Shown: positions 17,354 through 26,918 of the stretch, piece after piece
Position numbering within the stretch: position 1 is the first letter of the stretch
Layout of the letters: each line of letters begins with the position of its first letter
Origin: Clostridia bacterium
GTDB lineage: Bacteria > Bacillota > Clostridia > TANB77 > CAG-508
DNA length: 32,947 nt
NCBI GenBank assembly: GCA_900768805.1
Contig: CAAGEF010000077.1
Coordinates: 1-32,947 of the forward strand
Direction of reading: 5' to 3'
Notes under the pieces: model-generated
Database searches by the model: none
What the model saw: only the letters and a program-made list of their open reading frames with translations
Told to the model about the DNA's origin: nothing
Position numbers and translations under genes: made by a program

Positions 17354-18346
17354 ATGAAAGATGTTTATATAATGGGAATTGAATCAAGTTGTGATGAAAC
17401 TTCTGTTTCTATTGTAAAAAATGGAAGAGAGGTTTTATCAAATTGTATTAATTCTCAAATAAAAATACATGAAAAATTTGGAGGTGTTGTTCCTGAGATT
17501 GCTTCCAGATGTCATGTTGAAGTAATAAATGAAATAATGAAACAAGCATTAAAAGATGCAGGTTTAACATTGAAAGATATAGATGGAATTGCTGTTACTT
17601 ATGGACCAGGTCTAGTCGGAGCTTTACTAGTCGGTGTTTCTTATGCCAAAGCATTAAGTTTTGCAACAGGTATTCCTTTAATACCAGTAAATCATATAGC
17701 AGGTCATATAGCTGCAAATTACATAACATATAAAGATTTAAAACCACCATTTTTATGTTTAATAGTTTCTGGTGGACATACTCATTTAGTTAATGTTAAA
17801 GATTATAATGAATTTGAAATATTAGGAAAAACTAGAGATGATGCTATAGGTGAAGCTTTTGATAAAGTTGCAAGAGTAGTTGGTTTAGGCTATCCAGGAG
17901 GACCAAAAGTTGATAAACTTGCCAAAGAGGGTATACCAAATATAAATTTACCATTAACACATATGGATAATTTAGATTTCAGTTTTAGTGGTATAAAAAC
18001 AGCTGTTATAAATTTAAATCATAAGAATCCAAACATTAATAAAGCTGATTTATGTGCGAGTTTTGAAAAGGCAGTAACAGATATGCTTTTAATAAATACA
18101 AAAAAAGCAGTTGAAATGTATAAAGTTGATAAAATAGCTTTAGCTGGTGGTGTTTCAAGCAATTCGTATATAAGAGCTGAATTTGATAAATTAGCCAAAG
18201 AAGAGGGAATTAGTGTTTTATATCCAGAACTTGGATTATGTACTGATAATGCTGCAATGATAGCTGCTAGTGGATTCTATAATTTTATAGAAGGAAAACA
18301 TGGAGATTTAAATTTAAATGCAATTCCAAATTTAAAGCTTGATTAA
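17354..18346 (+). CDS. tsaD: tRNA N6-adenosine threonylcarbamoyltransferase
   Basis: [40 protein letters not shown] and GHIAA are Kae1/TsaD motifs. Confidence 0.95.
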   Translation: MKDVYIMGIESSCDETSVSIVKNGREVLSNCINSQIKIHEKFGGVVPEIASRCHVEVINEIMKQALKDAGLTLKDIDGIAVTYGPGLVGALLVGVSYAKALSFATGIPLIPVNHIAGHIAANYITYKDLKPPFLCLIVSGGHTHLVNVKDYNEFEILGKTRDDAIGEAFDKVARVVGLGYPGGPKVDKLAKEGIPNINLPLTHMDNLDFSFSGIKTAVINLNHKNPNINKADLCASFEKAVTDMLLINTKKAVEMYKVDKIALAGGVSSNSYIRAEFDKLAKEEGISVLYPELGLCTDNAAMIAASGFYNFIEGKHGDLNLNAIPNLKLD

Positions 18347-18418
18347 AAATAATATAACAACAAATTATTCTAGAAAATAGAAATTAATTATTTTTCTGGA
18401 GTGGAAAGGAGAATTTTT

Positions 18419-19126
18419 GTGTCAATATATGCAATAGGTGATTTGCATTTATCATTTAGTACAGATAAACCAATGGACATTTTTGGAAAAAATTGGGAAA
18501 ATCATAGTGAAAAGCTAAAATCTGATTGGATAGAAAAAGTTAAGGAAAATGATACAGTAATATTGCCTGGAGATTTTTCTTGGGCAACATATTTAGAAAA
18601 TACATATAATGATTTTGAATATTTAAATTCTCTTCCAGGAAAGAAAATTATGCTAAAAGGAAATCATGATTATTGGTGGAGTACTTTAGCAAAAATGAAT
18701 AAATTTTTACAAGAAAATAATTTTGAAAATATTGAATTTTTGTATAATAATAGTTTTTGTATAGAAAATAAAATAATTGTTGGAACTAGAGGGTGGATTA
18801 ATACAAATTTAAAATCAGAGGAAAATCAAAAAATCTTAAAAAGAGAAAATGCAAGATTAAAATTGTCGTTAGCTGATGGTATAAAAAAATATGGAGAGGA
18901 AAAAGAGATATTGGTGTTTTTTCATTATCCACCATTTTATAAAGAAGCTGTTATAGAAGATATGGATTTTATTAAAACAATGAAAAAGTATAATGTAAAA
19001 AAATGCTTTTATGGACATCTTCATAGTGATTCTCATAAAGAAGCTATTGAAGGTGTAATTGATGGTATTGAATATAAACTTGTAAGTTCAGATTATATGA
19101 ATTTTGAATTATTGAAAATAAATTAG
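18419..19126 (+). CDS. Metallophosphoesterase (calcineurin-like)
   Basis: GDLHL, PGDFSWA, GNHDYWW, FHYPP and GHLH are present in the canonical order. GTG 18419 lies 7 nt after AAGGAG. Confidence 0.85.
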   Translation: MSIYAIGDLHLSFSTDKPMDIFGKNWENHSEKLKSDWIEKVKENDTVILPGDFSWATYLENTYNDFEYLNSLPGKKIMLKGNHDYWWSTLAKMNKFLQENNFENIEFLYNNSFCIENKIIVGTRGWINTNLKSEENQKILKRENARLKLSLADGIKKYGEEKEILVFFHYPPFYKEAVIEDMDFIKTMKKYNVKKCFYGHLHSDSHKEAIEGVIDGIEYKLVSSDYMNFELLKIN

Positions 19127-19138
19127 TTCGGAGGTAAT

Positions 19139-20956
19139 ATGCAAGAAAAGCAAAAAAAAATAAGAAATTTTAGTATTATTGCACATATAGATCATGGTAA
19201 GTCTACACTTGCTGATAGAATAATTGAAATGACTGGTGTTTTATCTTCAAGAGAAATGGAATCTCAAGTTCTTGACAATATGGATATAGAAAAAGAAAGA
19301 GGTATTACTATTAAATCCCAAGCTGTAAAAATGAATTATAAAGCAAAAAATGGGGAAGAATATGAATTCAATTTAATAGATACTCCAGGACATGTTGATT
19401 TTAATTATGAAGTTTCAAGAAGTTTGGCTGCTTGTGAAGGGGCTATTTTAGTTGTTGATAGCACTCAAGGAGTGGAAGCACAAACACTTGCTAATGTTTA
19501 TTTAGCAATAGAAGATAATCTTGAAATTTTACCAGTTATAAATAAAGTAGATTTGCCAAATGCAAGACCAGAAGAAGTAAAAAAAGAAATTGAAGATTTA
19601 ATAGGAATTCCAGCTATGGATGCTCCTTGTATTTCTGCAAAAACAGGCTTGAATGTTGAAGAGGTTTTAGAAAGAATTGTTACAGATATTCCTTGTCCGA
19701 AGGGTGATGAAGATGAAAAATTACAATGTTTAATTTTTGATTCTGTTTATGATAATTATAAAGGTGCTTTAAGCTATGTTAGAATAAAAAATGGTAAAGT
19801 AAAAGCAAATGATGAAATTTTATTTATGGCTACTGGAAAAACATTTACTGTTACAGAGGTTGGATATTTTGGTGCAGGTCAATATATACCTACAAAAGAA
19901 TTAGTTGCAGGAGAAGTTGGATATATTGCTGCAAGTGTAAAAACTGTATCAGATTTACATGTTGGTGATACAATTACTCATAAAAATAGTCCAGCAAAAG
20001 AGCCACTTCCAGGATATAAACAAGCGGTATCAATGGTGTATTGTGGAATGTATCCTGTAGATGGAAGTGAATATGAACCATTAAAAGATGCTTTAGAAAA
20101 ATTAAAATTAAATGATGCGGCTTTAAATTATGAACCAGAAACTTCTGTTGCTTTAGGATTTGGATTTAGATGTGGCTTTTTAGGATTACTTCATATGGAA
20201 ATCGTAATGGAAAGATTAGAAAGAGAATTCGATATTGGTCTTATTACTACTTCTCCATCTGTTATATATAAAGTTCATAAAACAAGTGGAGAGGTTATTG
20301 AACTATATAATCCAGTGGATTTACCTCCAACTACTGAAATTAGTTATATAGAAGAACCAATTATGAAGGTTGAAATTATGATTCCAAAAGAATTTGTTGG
20401 AAATGTTATGGAAATTTGTCAAAATAGAAGAGGTACTTATGTTGATATGAGATATCTTGATGAATCAAGAGTTACACTTGAATATGATATGCCACTTAAT
20501 GAAATTATTTACGATTTTTTTGATTCATTAAAATCAAAAACTAAAGGATATGCATCTTTAGATTATGAATTTAAAGAATATAGAAGAGCAGATTTGGTTA
20601 AACTTGATATTCATATTCATAATGAAGCTGTTGATGCTTTATCATTTATAGTTCACAAAGATTCTGCATATAACAGAGGAAGGAAAATGGCTGAAAAATT
20701 AAAAACAGTTATACCAAGACATTTATTTGAAATTCCAATTCAAGCTGTTGTAGGTGGAAAAATAATTGCAAGAGAAACAATATCTGCAATGAGAAAAGAT
20801 GTTTTAGCAAAATGTTATGGTGGAGATATAACTAGAAAGAAAAAATTATTAGAAAAACAAAAAAGAGGAAAGAAAAAAATGAGACAAATAGGAAATGTAG
20901 AAGTTCCTCAAGAAGCATTTTTATCAGTATTAAAATTAAATGATGATGAAAAATAA
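19139..20956 (+). CDS. lepA: Translation elongation factor 4
   Basis: [28 protein letters not shown] and NKVDL are present, along with the characteristic LepA C-terminal domain (605 aa). Confidence 0.96.
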   Translation: MQEKQKKIRNFSIIAHIDHGKSTLADRIIEMTGVLSSREMESQVLDNMDIEKERGITIKSQAVKMNYKAKNGEEYEFNLIDTPGHVDFNYEVSRSLAACEGAILVVDSTQGVEAQTLANVYLAIEDNLEILPVINKVDLPNARPEEVKKEIEDLIGIPAMDAPCISAKTGLNVEEVLERIVTDIPCPKGDEDEKLQCLIFDSVYDNYKGALSYVRIKNGKVKANDEILFMATGKTFTVTEVGYFGAGQYIPTKELVAGEVGYIAASVKTVSDLHVGDTITHKNSPAKEPLPGYKQAVSMVYCGMYPVDGSEYEPLKDALEKLKLNDAALNYEPETSVALGFGFRCGFLGLLHMEIVMERLEREFDIGLITTSPSVIYKVHKTSGEVIELYNPVDLPPTTEISYIEEPIMKVEIMIPKEFVGNVMEICQNRRGTYVDMRYLDESRVTLEYDMPLNEIIYDFFDSLKSKTKGYASLDYEFKEYRRADLVKLDIHIHNEAVDALSFIVHKDSAYNRGRKMAEKLKTVIPRHLFEIPIQAVVGGKIIARETISAMRKDVLAKCYGGDITRKKKLLEKQKRGKKKMRQIGNVEVPQEAFLSVLKLNDDEK

Positions 20957-20976
20957 AATATAGAAAGGTAGAGGAA

Positions 20977-21870
20977 ATGAGAGAGTCATATAGAGATAAA
21001 CAATCTAGAAAAGCTAGAATAAATAATGAAAAAAGAGATAAGGATTTTCAAAAAAAGAATTCTAAAAAAAGAATTACTTCAAAACAACCAAGAGTTGAAG
21101 AAAAAACATATAGAGAAGATAATTTTGTAAAAGAAGAAAAAATTTATGATGATGTAGTTGCTGGAAGAAATGCTGTTATAGAGCTCTTAAAATCTGATAA
21201 AGATATAAATAAAATATTTATAGAACGAGGAGAAAAACATGGTTCTATAAATGAAATAGTAGCCAGAGCAAAAGAAAATAAAATTGTTTTAGTAGAAGTT
21301 GATAAATCAAAATTAGATACAATGGCAGAAAATCATCAAGGTGTTGTAGCAGTAGTTCCACCATTTAATTATTGTGAAATAGAAGATATTTTAGAAGTTG
21401 CTAAACAAAAAGAAGAAGATCCATTTATTCTAATATTAGATGGAATAGAAGATCCACATAATTTAGGAGCAATAATAAGAACTGCAGAAACTGCAGGGTG
21501 TCATGGAATAATTATTCCTAAAAGAAGAAATGCAGCAGTTAATAGTACAGTTACAAAAGTATCAGCTGGAGCTACAACTTATGTAAAAATAGCAAGAGTA
21601 AATAATTTAAATGATACAATTAGAAAACTAAAAGATTCAGGCTTATGGGTAATTGGAACAGATGGCTCTGCTAAAACTATGTATTATAATCAAGATTTAA
21701 GAGGCCCTTTAGCAATAATAATTGGAAGTGAAGGTTTTGGAATGAGTAAACTTGTAAAAGAAAATGCTGATATTCTTATTAAAATACCAATGAAGGGTCA
21801 AATAACCTCTTTAAATGCATCAGTATCTGCGGGAATTGTTATTTATGAGGCTGTAAAACAAAGAATTTAA
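20977..21870 (+). CDS. rlmB: 23S rRNA (guanosine-2'-O)-methyltransferase, SpoU/TrmH family, with a basic N-terminal extension
   Basis: LDGIEDPHNLGAIIRTAE, IIGSEGFGMS and IPMKGQITSLNASVSAGIVIYE are present. The first 55 aa or so are rich in K and R. Confidence 0.85.
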   Translation: MRESYRDKQSRKARINNEKRDKDFQKKNSKKRITSKQPRVEEKTYREDNFVKEEKIYDDVVAGRNAVIELLKSDKDINKIFIERGEKHGSINEIVARAKENKIVLVEVDKSKLDTMAENHQGVVAVVPPFNYCEIEDILEVAKQKEEDPFILILDGIEDPHNLGAIIRTAETAGCHGIIIPKRRNAAVNSTVTKVSAGATTYVKIARVNNLNDTIRKLKDSGLWVIGTDGSAKTMYYNQDLRGPLAIIIGSEGFGMSKLVKENADILIKIPMKGQITSLNASVSAGIVIYEAVKQRI

Positions 21871-21882
21871 TAATAAATAGTA

Positions 21883-21930
21883 AAAAATAAAATGTCGAAT
21901 TTTATAAAAATATTGACATTTTATTTTTTT
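21883..21930 (+). terminator. Rho-independent terminator after rlmB
   Basis: Arms aaaaataaaatgtc (21883-21896) and gacattttattttt (21915-21928) form the stem, and a T-run follows. Confidence 0.75.
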
Positions 21931-21996
21931 ATATGTAAATTTTATATAGCAAATACATATGTAAGTAAACCGTTTCTTAATTAAGGAGGAGTTATT

Positions 21997-23859
21997 ATGT
22001 TAAAAAATTATGATTGCGAAGGTTTTTCAAAAAAGGTAATTCCTGTTGAAGAACTTGAAAATGGTAAAAAGTTTAAAGTATCTGTCCGGATACCAATGTG
22101 TTTAGGGTGGATAGAAAGAGTAAAATTTTCTGTAGCTACATTTAATGGCAAAAGTGCATTTCAGTTGGATTTTGCAAATAAAGATGAAAAATTTGCATAT
22201 TTTGAAGGAGAAGTTTTTCTTGAAAATAGTGCTTTATATCATTATTATTTTTCATTTGAGGCAAGTGGAAAATTTATGTATTACAAAAAGCAAAATATTA
22301 CAGGAGATACAAGCCTTAGTAAAATTGAATGTTGGAAGATGTCTGTTGGCTTTGAAACTCCAGAGTGGGCTAAAGGTGCAATTATGTATCATATTTTTGT
22401 GGATCGGTATTGCAAAGGAAAAAATACCGAATTGGAGCAAATGCCTAATAGGACAATTCACGAAAATTGGGATGACAAACCTGTTTTAGGACCAGATGAA
22501 AATGGAAATTGGAATATTGACTTTTTCGGTGGAAATTTAAAAGGTATTGAAGAAACTATAAGCTATATAAAAAGTTTAGGAGTAACAATTATTTATTTAA
22601 GTCCTATCGTAAGAAGTCAATCTAATCATAGGTATGATACTGCTGATTATGAAAATGTAGATCCATATGCTGGTACAAATGAAGATTTAAAAAAACTTTG
22701 TAAAATAGCACATCAAAAAGGTATGAAAGTTATTTTAGATGGTGTATTTAATCATACTGGTAATGATAGCAAATATTTTAATCAATATGGAAATTATGAT
22801 GTTTTAGGCGCTTTTCAAAGTGATCAATCTCCATATTATCCTTTTTACAAACGTTCTTGGAATAATGGAAAAAAGGGATTTGCTTATTGGTGGGGAATGC
22901 AGAATTTGCCTGAATGTGATGGAAATTCGAAAGAATGGAAAGAATACATTTTAGGTGTAGGAGGAATAATCGATCAATGGTTTAAACTTGGAATTGATGG
23001 ATTAAGACTTGATGTTGCAGATGAGCTTACAGATGAATTTATTGAAGGAATTAGAATCGCTGTTCATAGAAATAAAAAGGATGGCTTCATAATTGGTGAA
23101 GTTTGGAAAAATCCTATGAGAATGAATAGAGGTTATATTAGTTCTGGAAAAGGAATGGATTCTGTAATGAATTACCAACTTGTTGATGCTTTAATAAGAT
23201 ATTATAAATATTGTGATATAAATAAACTAAAGAATACTGTAAGTGAAATACTAATAGAATATCCAGATGATACTATCCATACACTTATGAATTTTACTTC
23301 AACTCATGATATTTCAAGAATAATTGAGATTTGTGGTTGTAATTGTTTTCAACAATATGGAGAGTGGTCTTGGAATCTATTAAATGACAATATTGATTGG
23401 GTAAAAAATCATGAAATGACAAAAGAAGAATATTCGTATGGGAAAAATATTTTAAAATCTTATGTTACAGCATTAGCTTTTCTGCCTGGTATCTTTTCAA
23501 TTTTTTATGGAGATGAAGTTGGGGTAAAAGGAATTGGTAATCTGATGAATAGAGGTACATATCCTTGGGGAAAAACAGATAAAACTTTATTAGAATTTTT
23601 TAGAAGCATTTGTAGGATAAAAGAAGAGTATGAATTTTTAAAAAAAGCAGAAACTAAAGTTTTGAGTGTAGATGAGAATATATTTATGTATGAAAGATAT
23701 AATGAAGATAATTCTTTATTAGTAATTACAAGTAGAACTCATCATGAAAAGAATCTGATTTTACCAAGTATTTTCAATGATTACAAATTGCTTTGGCATT
23801 TACCTAATTGTAAAAATAATTATCTTACTTCATATGGTGCAATCATTTTAAAGAAATAA
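21997..23859 (+). CDS. Glycoside hydrolase family 13 (alpha-amylase superfamily, neopullulanase/cyclomaltodextrinase-like), cytoplasmic
   Basis: The four GH13 regions are DGVFNHTG, GIDGLRLDVADEL, IIGEVW and NFTSTHD. There is no signal peptide. Confidence 0.9.
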   Translation: MLKNYDCEGFSKKVIPVEELENGKKFKVSVRIPMCLGWIERVKFSVATFNGKSAFQLDFANKDEKFAYFEGEVFLENSALYHYYFSFEASGKFMYYKKQNITGDTSLSKIECWKMSVGFETPEWAKGAIMYHIFVDRYCKGKNTELEQMPNRTIHENWDDKPVLGPDENGNWNIDFFGGNLKGIEETISYIKSLGVTIIYLSPIVRSQSNHRYDTADYENVDPYAGTNEDLKKLCKIAHQKGMKVILDGVFNHTGNDSKYFNQYGNYDVLGAFQSDQSPYYPFYKRSWNNGKKGFAYWWGMQNLPECDGNSKEWKEYILGVGGIIDQWFKLGIDGLRLDVADELTDEFIEGIRIAVHRNKKDGFIIGEVWKNPMRMNRGYISSGKGMDSVMNYQLVDALIRYYKYCDINKLKNTVSEILIEYPDDTIHTLMNFTSTHDISRIIEICGCNCFQQYGEWSWNLLNDNIDWVKNHEMTKEEYSYGKNILKSYVTALAFLPGIFSIFYGDEVGVKGIGNLMNRGTYPWGKTDKTLLEFFRSICRIKEEYEFLKKAETKVLSVDENIFMYERYNEDNSLLVITSRTHHEKNLILPSIFNDYKLLWHLPNCKNNYLTSYGAIILKK

Positions 23860-23870
23860 TGAATAAAGGA

Positions 23871-23906
23871 AAATGAATAGTGAATTAATTTCATTATTCA
23901 TTTTTT
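23871..23906 (+). terminator. Rho-independent terminator after the GH13 gene
   Basis: The 14-bp stem pairs aaatgaatagtgaa with ttcattattcattt (one G-U pair), has loop ttaat and is followed by a T-run. Confidence 0.8.
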
Positions 23907-23954
23907 ATTCAGTAGGAAATTTTCTATTATTTTTATAAAAAATTCCAATAACTA

Positions 23955-23983
23955 TTGAAATTAATAAACAGAATATATATAAT
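23955..23983 (+). promoter_or_regulatory. Sigma-A promoter for the 41-aa ORF
   Basis: TTGAAA (23955-23960), a 17-nt spacer and TATAAT (23978-23983). Confidence 0.55.
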
Positions 23984-24018
23984 CAATATATCAAAAACAA
24001 AAGATGAGGAGTGATATT

Positions 24019-24144
24019 ATGGAACAAAATAATCAAAATAAAACAAATAAAACACCAATAAAAATTGGTTTAGTAGATTGGATAATAATTCTTATGGCAT
24101 GCAGTACAATTGCATTAGGGGCTATATATTTTATAGCTAAATAA
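24019..24144 (+). CDS. Small membrane peptide (41 aa, not in the ORF track)
   Basis: My own translation gives MEQNNQNKTNKTPIKIGLVDWIIILMACSTIALGAIYFIAK. The Shine-Dalgarno GAGGAG lies 7 nt upstream. The peptide has a polar N-terminus and one C-terminal TM helix, and the gene has its own promoter. Confidence 0.5.
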   Translation: MEQNNQNKTNKTPIKIGLVDWIIILMACSTIALGAIYFIAK

Positions 24145-24146
24145 TA

Positions 24147-24175
24147 TTGAAATTTAAAAAACAATATGTTAAAAT
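24147..24175 (+). promoter_or_regulatory. Candidate pyrG promoter
   Basis: TTGAAA (24147-24152), a 17-nt spacer and TGtTAAAAT (-10 at 24170-24175). Confidence 0.45.
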
Positions 24176-24200
24176 AAATTTGTTGAAAGAATTAAATTCA

Positions 24201-24240
24201 AAACAGATAAAAAAAAAACCCTTTTTTTATCTGTTTTTTT
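24201..24240 (+). terminator. Intrinsic terminator hairpin in the pyrG 5' leader, candidate attenuator
   Basis: The stem pairs cagataaaaaaa (24204-24215) with tttttttatctg (24222-24233), has loop aaaccc and is followed by T7. It lies about 55 nt upstream of the pyrG ATG and downstream of the candidate promoter. Confidence 0.6.
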
Positions 24241-24293
24241 ATTTATTATTTAATAATAAATAATTGTTTTAAGGGTGTGGAAGGAGTTTATTC

Positions 24294-25889
24294 ATGAGTA
24301 CAAAGTACATTTTTATTACAGGTGGAGTTGTATCTGGTTTAGGAAAAGGAATTACAGCATCATCTTTAGGAAGATTATTAAAAAATAGAGGATATAAGGT
24401 AATAAATCAAAAATTAGATCCTTATATAAATGTAGATCCAGGAACAATGAGCCCTCATGAACATGGAGAAGTTTTTGTAACAGAAGACGGTGCTGAAACA
24501 GATTTAGATTTGGGTCATTATGAAAGATTTACTGATGTTAATTTAAATCAAAATTGTAGTATGAGTTCTGGAAAAATATATCAAAATGTGCTAAATAAAG
24601 AAAGAAGAGGAGACTATTTAGGAAAAACAGTACAAGTAATTCCTCATATAACGAATGAAATAAAAGAAAAAATTTATAGCTTTGAAGATTCTGGAGTAGA
24701 TATTGTTATAACAGAACTTGGAGGAACAATTGGAGATATTGAGAGTTTAGCTTTTGTAGAAGCAATTAGACAAGTGGGGTTAGAAAAATATCCTGAGGAT
24801 GTTGTTTATATACATGTTACTTTACTTCCATACATAAGTGGTTCTTGTGAATTAAAGTCAAAACCAACACAACATTCTGTAAAAGAATTGCAATCATTAG
24901 GAGTAAAACCTGATATTTTAGTATGTAGAACAGAAATAGAAATTCCAGAAGAGATTCAGGCAAAGCTTGCACTATTTTGTAATGTTAGACCAGAAAATGT
25001 TATTCCTAATATGACAGCAGAAAATTTATATGCAGTACCTTTAATGCTTGAAGAAAATGGTTTGGCAAGAGCTGTATGTAAACATTTACATTTAGAAAAA
25101 ATGGAGCCTCAAAATCAAGAGTGGGAAAAAATGATTGAAAACATTAGAAATTCAAATCAAGAAATTGATATTGCGATTGTTGGAAAATATATGCAATTAC
25201 AAGATTCTTATTTATCTGTTGCAGAGAGTCTTCGTCATGGTGGTTTTGCAAATAATGTAAAAGTTAATGTTTCATTTATAGATTGTGAAGAAATTAATGA
25301 TAGCAATGTAAAAGATATTTTAGGTTACTATAGTGGAATAGTAGTTCCAGGAGGCTTTGGAAATAGAGGAGTTGAAGGGAAAATTGCTACAATAAAATAT
25401 GCTAGAGAAAATAATGTTCCTTTTTTAGGAATATGTTTAGGAATGCAAATGACTGTTGTAGAATTTGCAAGAAATGTGCTGGGAATTAAAGATGCAAATT
25501 CTGCTGAATTTGATCCAGAATGTAATAATCCAGTTATACATATTATGGATGAACAAAAAAATATTACAGAAAAAGGTGGAACAATGAGACTTGGAGCTTA
25601 TCCTTGTAAAATAAAGGAAGGAACTTTAGCAAAAGAAATATATGGAGAAGAATTTATAAGTGAAAGACATAGACATAGATATGAATTTAATAATAAATAC
25701 AAAGAAATGTTAGAAGAAAAAGGTCTTATTTGTTCTGGTACATCTCCAGATGAATCATTAGTAGAAATTGTAGAATATAGAAATCATCCTTTTTTTATAG
25801 CTGGACAATTTCATCCAGAATTTAAATCAAGACCAGATAGACCAGCTCCTTTATTTAAAGCTTTAGTAAAAGCTGCTAAAGAAAAATAA
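24294..25889 (+). CDS. pyrG: CTP synthase
   Basis: [23 protein letters not shown] is present, along with the glutamine amidotransferase motifs GICLGMQ and HRHRYEFN. Confidence 0.97.
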   Translation: MSTKYIFITGGVVSGLGKGITASSLGRLLKNRGYKVINQKLDPYINVDPGTMSPHEHGEVFVTEDGAETDLDLGHYERFTDVNLNQNCSMSSGKIYQNVLNKERRGDYLGKTVQVIPHITNEIKEKIYSFEDSGVDIVITELGGTIGDIESLAFVEAIRQVGLEKYPEDVVYIHVTLLPYISGSCELKSKPTQHSVKELQSLGVKPDILVCRTEIEIPEEIQAKLALFCNVRPENVIPNMTAENLYAVPLMLEENGLARAVCKHLHLEKMEPQNQEWEKMIENIRNSNQEIDIAIVGKYMQLQDSYLSVAESLRHGGFANNVKVNVSFIDCEEINDSNVKDILGYYSGIVVPGGFGNRGVEGKIATIKYARENNVPFLGICLGMQMTVVEFARNVLGIKDANSAEFDPECNNPVIHIMDEQKNITEKGGTMRLGAYPCKIKEGTLAKEIYGEEFISERHRHRYEFNNKYKEMLEEKGLICSGTSPDESLVEIVEYRNHPFFIAGQFHPEFKSRPDRPAPLFKALVKAAKEK

Positions 25890-25934
25890 CTATTTTATTC
25901 AGACCTACTCCAGAGAAATTTCTTACTGAATAAC

Positions 25935-25970
25935 AAAAGCTGAAAAGAAAGTAATCTTTTCAGCTTTTTT
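25935..25970. terminator. Bidirectional terminator shared by pyrG (+) and the convergent minus-strand gene
   Basis: The 13-bp stem pairs aaaagctgaaaag with cttttcagctttt and has an 8-nt loop. It is A-rich on one side and T-rich on the other. Confidence 0.8.
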
Positions 25971-25977
25971 GTACGAT

Positions 25978-26697
25978 TTAGAAAATATCATTATTTGTTG
26001 AACTTATAATTTTAGTGTTGCATGAAATCATAATGTTTACACAATGACCAAAATTTTCTACTTTGTTACCGTTCTGATCTGTAGTTCCATATTTTTCAAT
26101 TTGAGTTCGATAATCTGTTAGTGTAGCAGAACATGAAAGTCCATTTCCATATCTGTATCCAAGAAAAAAAGCTGATTCTGCATTAGCGTCTTGGATATCT
26201 GGAGATTTTGGATCAAGATTGAAAAAGAGTGGAAGAATTGCCTGAGTTATTGGATTATGCAAATGTTTGAATATTACTGTATTTAAATAAGTGAATATTT
26301 CATTAAAAGAAATATTATATACAGTTAAATCTATGTTGTTTATAATCCCTTTTGGAATACTATTAACATTATCTGTATATGCAATAACCTTTTTGTTTAA
26401 AGCTAAAGCATAGCCACATTCCCAAGCTGTTCCAGAATCACAAGCTGGATTTTCGATTGTGCCTCTGAAATTTGACAGATTTGCGATTACATAATCACAA
26501 GCTTGAATCGTTTTAATATTAGCCTCTACAATAGCTTTAGCAGTAACTTCTGGAGTTTTTCCTTTGATAGCATTATTTAAAGGATATAAACCTTCAAATC
26601 CATTGGCTTTACAAATTTTTTTGTGGATAGAACCAATGGTATCTGCTTCAGGAAAAAAGATTTCAGGTCCAGCTAAATATATTTTCCGGTTTGCCAT
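25978..26697 (-). CDS. Nucleoside 2-deoxyribosyltransferase/Rcl-like N-terminal domain fused to an unrecognised C-terminal half
   Basis: The N-terminus KIYLAGPEIFFPEA and ...ACDYVIANLSNFRG....PACDSGTAWECGYALALNKKVIAY match the NDT-family hallmarks (AGP motif; D-x-G-T-x-x-E-x-G-Y-A). A strong GGAGG Shine-Dalgarno is present. It is the only minus-strand gene here and uses CGG for Arg, which is rare in this window. Confidence 0.7.
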   Translation of the reverse strand: MANRKIYLAGPEIFFPEADTIGSIHKKICKANGFEGLYPLNNAIKGKTPEVTAKAIVEANIKTIQACDYVIANLSNFRGTIENPACDSGTAWECGYALALNKKVIAYTDNVNSIPKGIINNIDLTVYNISFNEIFTYLNTVIFKHLHNPITQAILPLFFNLDPKSPDIQDANAESAFFLGYRYGNGLSCSATLTDYRTQIEKYGTTDQNGNKVENFGHCVNIMISCNTKIISSTNNDIF

Positions 26698-26750
26698 AAA
26701 AATTCCTCCTTAGAATTATCTATTTTCGGTTGAATAACGGATGATAACTG

Positions 26751-26779
26751 ATTATAACATATTTTTGGGGGATTGTAAA
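26751..26779 (-). promoter_or_regulatory. Promoter for the minus-strand NDT-like gene
   Basis: On the minus strand, TTACAA (26774-26779) is followed by a 17-nt spacer and TGtTATAAT (-10 at 26751-26756). Confidence 0.5.
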
Positions 26780-26868
26780 ATAAAATATAGAAATGAACTA
26801 ATCAATTTTATCATAAATAATAATTTTATAATTTTTATCAAATACCTATACACAAAAAAAATTTTTAA

Positions 26869-26877
26869 TGATATAAT
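26869..26877 (+). promoter_or_regulatory. Extended -10 element upstream of mutL
   Basis: TGaTATAAT lies about 40 nt upstream of the mutL ATG. I see no good -35 box. Confidence 0.4.
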
Positions 26878-26918
26878 GCAAAAAAAAGTATATACGTAAG
26901 ATATGTTGGAGGAAAGAG

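Noticed and set aside
21965-21977. gtaaaccgtttct upstream of the GH13 gene, considered as a cre or MalR/LacI-type operator
   Set aside because: It is not a true palindrome, since the centre is cc/g rather than cg-symmetric. It fails the WTGNAANCGNWNNCW cre consensus at the TG positions. The resemblance to maltose-regulator operators is only partial, and it overlaps the region just 5' of the Shine-Dalgarno.
22145-22489. 114-aa + strand ORF in an alternative frame inside the GH13 gene
   Set aside because: It is embedded in a region where the GH13 frame has clear family similarity. It has no Shine-Dalgarno, and its translation is low-complexity.
26110-26485. Apparent internal partial duplication in the NDT-like protein: residues 72-109 (ANLSNFRG...DSGTAWECGYALALNKKVIAYTD) against residues 159-195 (FNLDPKSP...ANAESAFFLGYRYGNGLSCSATLTD)
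   Set aside because: Residue-by-residue alignment anchored on the shared GY gives only a handful of identities, and the NL and E positions shift out of register. The similarity is too weak to assert without a profile or structure comparison.
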